From assembly GCA_030619085.1 (NCBI GenBank), contig JAUXCD010000001.1:1-41500 (forward strand): DNA of 41,500 bases, read 5' to 3'. The position numbers and the translations under genes are program-made. This document shows positions 34,705 to 41,500 of the stretch, piece after piece. Source of the DNA: Candidatus Zixiibacteriota bacterium. Lineage in GTDB: Bacteria > Zixibacteria > MSB-5A5 > GN15 > FEB-12. Numbering within the stretch: the first letter of the stretch is position 1; each line of letters starts with the position of its first letter. Below the pieces are notes generated by a model. That model was not told the origin of the DNA, made no database searches, and saw only the letters and a list, made by a program, of their open reading frames with translations.

Positions 34705-36663
34705 ATGAATTTCAGGCCAGGTTTTCTTGTCAGGTTAAGTCACCTGATATTGATTCAAGTCATCTTTGTGTTCGCCGCGTTGGCCCTGATAATGTTCTTT
34801 TCGGGAGGCGACGGGCCAACCGACGGTGGATTGAAAATCACCAACCAGAAGATTCAGCCCCTGGCGGCGAGATTGTCGCGAATCATTAGCGAAGAAAGAT
34901 TAGATCTTGAAAAATCTTCTGTCGACCCCACCCTTCAGGGGCGGCTTAACAGCGTCTTTGTCGAAGACGATGAAATTCTCAAGGCCAAGGTGTTTCTGGA
35001 GACCTCGGATCATCGACTACTCCACGTGATAAGCTATGATAGCCCGGATTTGAAAGTGGCGAGCGATCTGACCGAAGAGGTTCTGTCCGTTCTGGCTGAC
35101 CAGAAAGTGGTGGAGTATGCCCTGCATCAGGACCGGGGGGGACTCAGCAAAGTGTTTTACAGTTCGCAGTATGTGATTCATTACTGTCCTTTTGATGTCG
35201 ATGACCAGTTGACTGGTCTTCTCGTAACACTGTCCGGGCATGACTACCTCATCTCCAGCCGAACCGACCTGCAGTACGCCTTGCTTCTGCTTTTTCTGGT
35301 GGCGGCGCTCATCAGTCTGCTGACGGTCTATCTTATCTCCAACCGTTTCAAAGATCCCCTTGAGAAACTGATCCACGGCTTCGAGAAGACGGCCCAGGGG
35401 GAACTGTATCACATGATGGAACCTGACGGTGACCAGGAACTGCGTCAACTGGCTACGGCTTTCAATACAATGTCCCAGAGTCTGTGGGACAATCATCAGA
35501 GGCTCAAAGGCTTCAACATTCGTCTTCAGCGCTCCAATAAGCTGCTGTTTGAATCTCAGGCGTTTTTGGCGGCGACGATCGACAACTCGCCGGATTGCAT
35601 CGTTGCCACCACGCCGGACGGAAGCGTGGTGCTGTTCAACGGCAAGGCGTCCTATGATTTCGGTTATGACGATGACGCGATCGTAGGCATGGGTATTGAC
35701 ACGCTCTTTACCCAGTCGCTGACCCAATCGATGGCGGCCCTGGCTCTCGAGAAGGGAATAGCTGCGGGAGAGATGCTGGGGAAACGACGCGACGGGACTA
35801 TCTTTCCTGTTTACCTGACGGCTGCTCCCATTATGGATACCGAGTCACGGGTTATTGCGTTGCTGTATATTATCAAAGACATCTCGGAAAGTAAGAACTT
35901 CCAGGACATGATGATCCGGATTGACCGCTATTACACTCGTGGCGAGATGGCCGGGGACATTGCGCATGAAATCAACAACTACCTGGCCGTGCTGTCGGGT
36001 AACCTGGAACTGATACCGATGTTCTTAAAGAAGGGGAACACCGAGAAGATTGACAGCAAGCTCGAACTGATGAAAAGCACGGTCGATCGTATTGTCCGCT
36101 TTGCCGATGGTTTGATGGATCCCAACCAGGGTGAGGCTCATTTTGAAGATGCGGATATCAACCAGGCAATTGAAAATATCGTCGCCTTCCTCAAGCCGCA
36201 AAACCGCTTTGACAACGTGCATATCGGCACCTGTCTGGCCCATGAAATTCCGCTGGTGGAATTTGACATTGCTCAAATTCAGCAACTTATGGTTAACCTG
36301 ATATATAACGCGGCCGATGCTCTCGAGGTGGTCGAAGAAGATAAGCGTATTTCGATTTCCACTTCGACCTGTACCATCAGGGACGAAAAGGCGGTGCGCA
36401 TTTCTGTCGAGGACAACGGTCCTGGCGTCCCCGAGGAGAAACGCGAACTGCTGTTCGAAAAGCGCTTTACCACCAAGAGGAAGGGACACGGTATCGGTTT
36501 GATTACCTGCCGCCACATAGTCGAAGCTCACAATGGCAATATCGGCTACGAACACACCGGCGGCGCCTCGTTCTATTTCGAGTTGCCGGTGCGGCGTCCG
36601 AAAGTCGCTTCGGGCAGCCAGGTGGCTTTCTTGGAACCGGCCGCATCTCCCGTAACCGACTAA
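34705..36663 (+). CDS. Sensor histidine kinase (TM-sensor-TM-HAMP-PAS-HisKA-HATPase)
   Basis: 652 aa. It has a HAMP-like region (NRFKDPLEKLIHGFEKTAQGEL) and a PAS domain (IVATTPDGSVVLFNGKA...KRRDGTIFPV). The H-box is IAHEINNYLAVLSGNLEL, the N-box MVNLIYNAADAL, G1 DNGPGV and G2 GHGIGL. Confidence 0.88.
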   Translation: MNFRPGFLVRLSHLILIQVIFVFAALALIMFFSGGDGPTDGGLKITNQKIQPLAARLSRIISEERLDLEKSSVDPTLQGRLNSVFVEDDEILKAKVFLETSDHRLLHVISYDSPDLKVASDLTEEVLSVLADQKVVEYALHQDRGGLSKVFYSSQYVIHYCPFDVDDQLTGLLVTLSGHDYLISSRTDLQYALLLLFLVAALISLLTVYLISNRFKDPLEKLIHGFEKTAQGELYHMMEPDGDQELRQLATAFNTMSQSLWDNHQRLKGFNIRLQRSNKLLFESQAFLAATIDNSPDCIVATTPDGSVVLFNGKASYDFGYDDDAIVGMGIDTLFTQSLTQSMAALALEKGIAAGEMLGKRRDGTIFPVYLTAAPIMDTESRVIALLYIIKDISESKNFQDMMIRIDRYYTRGEMAGDIAHEINNYLAVLSGNLELIPMFLKKGNTEKIDSKLELMKSTVDRIVRFADGLMDPNQGEAHFEDADINQAIENIVAFLKPQNRFDNVHIGTCLAHEIPLVEFDIAQIQQLMVNLIYNAADALEVVEEDKRISISTSTCTIRDEKAVRISVEDNGPGVPEEKRELLFEKRFTTKRKGHGIGLITCRHIVEAHNGNIGYEHTGGASFYFELPVRRPKVASGSQVAFLEPAASPVTD

Positions 36664-36705
36664 CTTTTTGTTGCCGGGATACTCCCGGGCGGGTAGCTTG
36701 AAGCT

Positions 36706-38727
36706 ATGCCAAAACCGTCTGAAAAAGCATCTTACCGGCGCCAACGCTATCTCCCCGTAATCTTCATCGCGCTGGCGATTGTCGTCTTCATTATCACCCT
36801 GGTCGGCATAAGAGAGAGTCGCACGGACTCCCTGCAGCTTCTGGTCAGGCAGGGAACGTCACTCACCGAGGCCCTGGCCCAGGCCGCCGAGAACGCCATC
36901 ATCTCAGAATCATTCTTTGACTACCTGGTGCACAAGCGATATAGCGAACTGGTCATAGACGTAGCCTCCTATGGCCTCGAACCCTCCGAACGGCAGCTTT
37001 CCCGTCTGGCCCTTGATCACGGCATCTATAGCATCCACGTGTTCGGGCTTGATTCCACCATTCGAGTCAGCGGCGTGGCCCGCCCGGCCGGGGCGAGTCT
37101 TCCGGATTATGTGGTCGAGGAAGTCGCTTTGCTTTTAGCTAATCCCGAAACGAATTACGTCTTGTTGCTTGATGCAGGCGACACTCCGGGCGAAGCCATC
37201 CATTACTATCTGAAAATCACCAATGATCTGCAGCGGGTGGTGATTATCGTCGCCGATGCCCTTTACTACACCGACGCCCTGAAGAAAACCCAAATCGGCT
37301 ACCTGGCTCAGAACATGTCCCGCGAAAAAGGGGTGGAGTATGTCATCTACCAGTCCAAACAGGGAATTGTGTTCTCTTCCAGAACCACCGGAGAACTGCT
37401 CGCAATTGACAGCGATCCTTTCCTGACCGAAGCTCTTCGGAGCGATACTATCTCCAATCGCATCTACGACTTTCAGGACAAGACGGTCCTGGAACTGGTG
37501 CGGCCGTTTTCCACCGAAGACTACCCGTTTGGTCTGTTGCGGGTGGGATTGTCGCTTGAACGCTACTACTCGGTGTCACGCGGCTTCAACATTCAGATGG
37601 TGACCCTTTCGGGCGTTCTGTTCGTGCTGGTTGTTGTCGTGCTTCTATATTTGAGCGGCCGGGAGAAGCGACAGGAGATTGCCCGCAAATTCGTCAGGAT
37701 AAAATCGGTGACGGATAAGATCTTCGATGAAATGCGCACCGGCGTGGCGGTGGTAGACAAACAGGGCACGATCACCCAGGCTAATAAAGCATTTGGGAAT
37801 ATCCTGGGATCATCGGATGTTGTCGGTAAACCGTGGTTGTCGGTGATACCGGCCAATGACCCGGTGTTAATGGGCATCCTCACTCCCGAGGGGCGAAGTG
37901 TTGAAAACGAAACCACCAATGAGTTTAAGTACGTACGCAAGACCTTGCTGGTGTCATCCTCGTCGGTCGAGCTTGAAGGCGACGAGACCGGCGGCATCGT
38001 CGTAGTGGTCTATGACATCACGCGACTAAAAGAATTCGAGGCGAAGTCGGTTCGCAAGGAGCGGCTTTCGGAACTGGGCAATCTGGCCGCGGCGGTGGCC
38101 CATGAGATTCGCAACCCGCTTAACACCATCTCAATCGCTGTCCAGAGACTGGCGTCAGAATTTACGCCAAAGGAGAATGCCGAAGAGTATCACAGTTTCA
38201 CCGGTCAGATCCGATCTGAAACGAAGCGTCTCAATGATATCATCACCCGCTTTCTGGCGCTGGCGCGGGACGAGAAACAGCGCCTAACGAAGGTCAACCT
38301 GAAAGAGCTTGTTGACGAGACCTGTCAGCTTTTGAAGCCGGAGGCGGATAAGCTCGGGATCGAACTGAAGGGTTATCGTGATCCGAAAGCCGTAATAACG
38401 GCCGACCCGGCCGGTCTCAAGCAGATTCTTTCCAACCTGTTCAACAACGCCAAGGAAGCACTGGCCGGCAAGCCGGGACGGGTTGTAATTGATGTGACTC
38501 GTGAGGAGGACATAGTGACCTTGGCGTTCTTCGATGACGGTCCCGGCATACCAAGGAATGTCCGCGACAAAATCTTCACGCCGTACTACACGACCAAAAA
38601 GTCAGGAACCGGTCTGGGGCTATCGACGGTGCACAAAATCGTGACCGATGCCGGGGGAGAGATCAGGATGGAGACCAGTCACTGGGGCGGGGCACGGTTC
38701 GTGATGGAATTTCCCCGAGAAAAATAA
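36706..38727 (+). CDS. Sensor histidine kinase (large extracytoplasmic domain-PAS-HisKA-HATPase)
   Basis: 673 aa. Two TM helices flank a ~270-aa sensor domain. A PAS domain is present (RTGVAVVDKQGTITQANKAF). The H-box is VAHEIRNPLNTI, the N-box LSNLFNNAKEAL, G1 DDGPGI and G2 GTGLGL. Confidence 0.88.
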   Translation: MPKPSEKASYRRQRYLPVIFIALAIVVFIITLVGIRESRTDSLQLLVRQGTSLTEALAQAAENAIISESFFDYLVHKRYSELVIDVASYGLEPSERQLSRLALDHGIYSIHVFGLDSTIRVSGVARPAGASLPDYVVEEVALLLANPETNYVLLLDAGDTPGEAIHYYLKITNDLQRVVIIVADALYYTDALKKTQIGYLAQNMSREKGVEYVIYQSKQGIVFSSRTTGELLAIDSDPFLTEALRSDTISNRIYDFQDKTVLELVRPFSTEDYPFGLLRVGLSLERYYSVSRGFNIQMVTLSGVLFVLVVVVLLYLSGREKRQEIARKFVRIKSVTDKIFDEMRTGVAVVDKQGTITQANKAFGNILGSSDVVGKPWLSVIPANDPVLMGILTPEGRSVENETTNEFKYVRKTLLVSSSSVELEGDETGGIVVVVYDITRLKEFEAKSVRKERLSELGNLAAAVAHEIRNPLNTISIAVQRLASEFTPKENAEEYHSFTGQIRSETKRLNDIITRFLALARDEKQRLTKVNLKELVDETCQLLKPEADKLGIELKGYRDPKAVITADPAGLKQILSNLFNNAKEALAGKPGRVVIDVTREEDIVTLAFFDDGPGIPRNVRDKIFTPYYTTKKSGTGLGLSTVHKIVTDAGGEIRMETSHWGGARFVMEFPREK

Positions 38728-38731
38728 GCAG

Positions 38732-38768
38732 AAAAAAAGGCAGCCCGCACAGGCGGGCCGCCTTCTCT
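38732..38768 (-). terminator. Rho-independent terminator of the citrate synthase gene (may act bidirectionally)
   Basis: Stem ggcagcccgc (38739-48) pairs with gcgggccgcc (38753-62) with one mismatch. The loop is acag. A7 on the plus strand gives T7 on the minus strand. The plus-strand side has only ttctctc. Confidence 0.7.
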
Positions 38769-38786
38769 CATAAAGCGAAGAAACTT

Positions 38787-40067
38787 CTACTTCTTGACCT
38801 GGTCCTGCAACCAAGCGGTACTTACCGATTTTGGACGAGTGATCGCGGTTCCCAGGGCGCGGTTCAGCACGAGCTGCGACAGCATTCCCAGAGAACGTGA
38901 AACGGAGAACAGGACGGTGTAGTATTCGAATTCCTTCAGGCCGTAGTAATACAGCAGAGCGCCGGAACCGGCGTCGACATTCGGCCACGGGTTCTTGGCT
39001 TTGCCGTGTTCCTTGAGGACCTCCGGAACGATGGTGAAGACGCGATCAACAGTCTGGAAGACCGGATCGTTCTTCATATACTTCTTACCAAAGGCGTTGA
39101 AGGCCGCAAAACGCGGGTCCGTGACGCGCAGGACAGCGTGACCGTAGCCCGGAATGACCTTGCCGCTGTTAAGCGTTTCCCAGGCATAGTCGCGAATTTC
39201 CTGTTCGGTCGGAGCGCCGTTGAACTTCTCCATAGTCTGCAGAACCCAGCCCAGGCATTCCTGGTTGGCCAGTCCGTGCAGCGGGCCGGCGAGTCCGTTG
39301 AGACCGGCGGAAACGGCATAGAACGGATCAGACAGGGCCGAGCCAACAGTGTGGCAGGTGTTAGCGGAGACGTTGCCGCCTTCATGGTCGGTGTGAAGGA
39401 CCAGGTACAACTGCATCATCTTGGCTGTTTCGCCTTTCTTGGGCGCCAGACCGAGCATCTTGACGTAATCAGCACCCCAGTCGAGCTTCTTGGACGGCTC
39501 GATGATCGGACCCTTCTTGTAGCGCAAGCGGTAGATACCGGCCGCGATCGTGTGAATGGTCGCAATGATCTTCATGGCATCTTCCAGCGCCGGTTCCCAG
39601 TATTCCTGCTTGGTCATGCCTTCGCTGTACCGTTTGCGGAAGACTGACTCGTTTTCCATGGCCAGAATCGCGGTGTCCAGCATCGCCATCGGATGCGAGG
39701 TCTTCGGCATGGCCTTGAGGACTTTCCAGATATAAGCGGGCACTTCACCGTGCGCTTTCAACTCTTTCTGGAAGCCTGCCAGTTCGTCGGCTGAAGGCAT
39801 TTCACCGGTGATGAGCAACCAGAAAATCTCTTCGGGCAGTTTCTCAGTAAGTTCCATTACCGGGATACCGCGTATGATCAATCCTTTGTCCGGTTCAACG
39901 ACTGATGTGTCGCAGACCATTCCCTTGACGCCGCGCATGCCGCCGATTGCCTGGGCAACGGAGACTTCGGAGATTTTGGCATCGCCGTAACCTTTGACGA
40001 GTGCCACTCTCTCTTCACGAAGCTTGGGGATCAATTCACCAAGTGTCTCTTTGAGTGTTTTGGCCAT
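38787..40067 (-). CDS. gltA: Citrate synthase, mitochondrial/eukaryotic-like type
   Basis: 426 aa with GGAG 7 nt upstream. The motifs LHTDHEGGNVSA, GLAGPLHGLANQE and GYGHAVLRVTDPR match the eukaryotic-type enzyme. The E. coli type reads GFGHRVYKNYDPR instead. Confidence 0.9.
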   Translation of the reverse strand: MAKTLKETLGELIPKLREERVALVKGYGDAKISEVSVAQAIGGMRGVKGMVCDTSVVEPDKGLIIRGIPVMELTEKLPEEIFWLLITGEMPSADELAGFQKELKAHGEVPAYIWKVLKAMPKTSHPMAMLDTAILAMENESVFRKRYSEGMTKQEYWEPALEDAMKIIATIHTIAAGIYRLRYKKGPIIEPSKKLDWGADYVKMLGLAPKKGETAKMMQLYLVLHTDHEGGNVSANTCHTVGSALSDPFYAVSAGLNGLAGPLHGLANQECLGWVLQTMEKFNGAPTEQEIRDYAWETLNSGKVIPGYGHAVLRVTDPRFAAFNAFGKKYMKNDPVFQTVDRVFTIVPEVLKEHGKAKNPWPNVDAGSGALLYYYGLKEFEYYTVLFSVSRSLGMLSQLVLNRALGTAITRPKSVSTAWLQDQVKK

Positions 40068-40118
40068 AATGGGCTCCTTTATTTGTTTGAGAACCGATTA
40101 GTGCAATTGTCAATCAGT

Positions 40119-40138
40119 AATGTGAAATGTTTCACATT
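40119..40138. promoter_or_regulatory. CRP/FNR-family type binding-site palindrome (AATGTGA-aatgtt-TCACATT)
   Basis: TGTGA is at 40121-25, followed by N6 and TCACA at 40132-36. The full 9-2-9 perfect palindrome aatgtgaaatgtttcacatt is centred ~61 nt upstream of the citrate synthase ATG. A minus-strand TTGACA lies at 40113-40108. Confidence 0.5.
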
Positions 40139-40208
40139 GCAAAAAACTACTACATATTTCTCGCCGTGTCAAGACGGGTTTGATCGATTGCCCTGCTTTT
40201 TTGATTAT

Positions 40209-41500
40209 TTAACGAAAAATCTTGCCCGGATTGAGTAGGCCGGAGGGGTCAAATATAGCTTTTAGACCTTTCATGGTGCAAATTGTCGCTAAGTCGAACT
40301 CGGCCGCCAAGTATTTCCTCTTTTCCAGCCCGATTCCGTGCTCACCGGTCAAAGTGCCGCCTAAAGCCAGGGTCTTAGACATGAGCCGGTCTATGGCCTG
40401 TTCAATTGCTTGCAGGTCACCGGCGCTACCGGTGGAGGAGAGGAAATTGACATGCAGGTTGCCGTCACCGGCGTGCCCGTAGGAATTAATGCGGACTGAA
40501 CTGGTTCGGTTCATGTCGTCTACGAAGGCTACCAGTTCGGGGAATTTTGAATTAGGAACAGCCACGTCCTCGGAAATGCGGACTTTGGCCAGCTCTTTAG
40601 TGGCTCGTGACAAGTTGCGGCGGATCTTCCACAATTGGTCAGCCTTTTCCGGTTCGCTCTCGGTGCGAAGATACGAACACCGGTTGTTCTTGCAGATATC
40701 CGCGATCCGTGCCGCCTGCCGGTCTGCGTCATCGCCGCCGCTTTCGATAAGAAGGATAGCGGCCACGGTGTCCAGGCTTTCGTTCTTCTCGTATTCGTTG
40801 GAGCATTGTGCGGCGTCACCATCGAGAAACTCCAAAACGGTCGGGATAATACCGGCTCCGGTTATATCTGAAACAGTCTGGGCGGCGTCACTCGCATGGT
40901 CGAATGCCACCAGGACGGTGATGCCCGACCGGGGTGCCTCAATAAGTCGCACGGTGATTTCGGTCAGGACAACCAGGGTGCCTTCGGAGCCAATCAGAAG
41001 ATCGCCAAGGTTGAAACCACGGTTACCGATATAGCTGCCGGTCTCGATTATCTCGCCCGCCGGCGTGACTCCGCGCATTCCCAGTATATAGTCACGCGTC
41101 ACACCGAAGCGTTTGCAGCGAAGGCCACCGGCGTTTTCGGCGACATTACCGCCCAGGGTGGACTCGTCATAACTGGCCGGATCGGGGGGATAAGCCAGGC
41201 CGAACGAGGCGGCCATATCGGCCAGGTCCTTGGTGATCGCACCCGGCCCGCAGACGGCGATCCGCTCCTGCGGATAGACGGAGATATCGGCCAGGTTTTC
41301 CGTGGACAGGACGATGCCGCTGCCGGTTGGCACGCAGCCTCCGGACAGGCCGGTCCCGGCGCCACGGGGGATCACCGGGAGACTATGCTCCGCGCAAAAA
41401 CGCACGGTGGCGACAACGTCATCTTCGCCGCCGGCCATCACCAGCGCAGCGGCCCGGCCCTGGCGGTCAGTCGCGTCAGTGAGGTACTGCTCAAAGCCGG
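40209..41500 (-). CDS. glcD: FAD-linked oxidase (GlcD / D-lactate dehydrogenase family), 5' end outside the window
   Basis: The FAD-binding PCMH motifs are PVIPRGAGTGLSGG and GGNVAENAGG. The C-terminal motif is GTLTGEHGIGLEKRKY...LLNPGKIF. The frame stays open from 41441 to the window edge (…GFEQYLTDATDRQGRAAALVMAGGED…). Confidence 0.85.
   Translation of the reverse strand, partial: GFEQYLTDATDRQGRAAALVMAGGEDDVVATVRFCAEHSLPVIPRGAGTGLSGGCVPTGSGIVLSTENLADISVYPQERIAVCGPGAITKDLADMAASFGLAYPPDPASYDESTLGGNVAENAGGLRCKRFGVTRDYILGMRGVTPAGEIIETGSYIGNRGFNLGDLLIGSEGTLVVLTEITVRLIEAPRSGITVLVAFDHASDAAQTVSDITGAGIIPTVLEFLDGDAAQCSNEYEKNESLDTVAAILLIESGGDDADRQAARIADICKNNRCSYLRTESEPEKADQLWKIRRNLSRATKELAKVRISEDVAVPNSKFPELVAFVDDMNRTSSVRINSYGHAGDGNLHVNFLSSTGSAGDLQAIEQAIDRLMSKTLALGGTLTGEHGIGLEKRKYLAAEFDLATICTMKGLKAIFDPSGLLNPGKIFR

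Noticed and set aside
34437-34889. A 150-aa ORF in the long trxB/HK gap.
   Set aside because: It has a TTG start without an SD and an odd composition (many His, Cys, Phe, Ser). It reads through the structured element and T-runs. It overlaps the first 185 nt of the kinase CDS in another frame.

Overview
The window is a 41.5 kb chromosomal segment, roughly mid-50s % GC by eye. It probably comes from an uncultivated Gram-negative bacterium. The gene content (an ExbB-ExbD-ExbD-TonB operon, BACON-like repeats, dockerin-like C-terminal tags, PFOR, a mitochondrial-type citrate synthase) suggests an FCB-superphylum or Zixibacteria-like anaerobe, but this is inference only.

Gene density is high. I call about 28 CDS in six alternating strand blocks. 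I found no rRNA, tRNA, CRISPR array, transposase or integrase.

Housekeeping calls:
- Transport and proteolysis: exbB-exbD-exbD-tonB, lon, pepA.
- Biosynthesis and tRNA modification: cysK-cysE, miaB, aroC, dcd, cobO, trxB.
- Central metabolism: pyruvate:ferredoxin oxidoreductase, citrate synthase, a partial glcD-like FAD oxidase.
- Signalling and regulation: an Rrf2 regulator and two canonical sensor histidine kinases.

The most unusual content:
1. A consensus-promoter-driven two-gene cassette. It encodes an acidic CxxC/CxxC zinc-ribbon peptide and a Hel308/Ski2-like SF2 helicase fused in frame to a C-terminal OmpR/PhoB-type winged-helix domain. A perfect internal Shine-Dalgarno plus ATG sits at the fusion point.
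2. A translationally coupled signalling pair downstream of miaB. The first is a 3xGAF protein with a His-less DHp, a degenerate ATPase domain and an intact receiver. The second is an HDOD protein with a His-containing DHp-like helix and no ATPase domain.
3. A LonA-architecture protease with substitutions at several AAA+ catalytic positions, an intact Ser-Lys protease dyad and a lysine-rich (KPKx)n tail encoded by a 12-bp tandem repeat.
4. Two adjacent secreted proteins, a BACON-like repeat protein and an M1 aminopeptidase, that share a two-segment dockerin-like C-terminal module. No cohesin partner is in the window.
5. Several unexplained non-coding elements: a 518-bp gap with a promoter-like element and a 12-bp-stem structured element, a near-consensus CRP/FNR-type palindrome upstream of citrate synthase, and a perfect 8-5-8 inverted repeat between rrf2 and cobO.

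All family assignments rest on motif recognition by eye. No database search or structure prediction was run.
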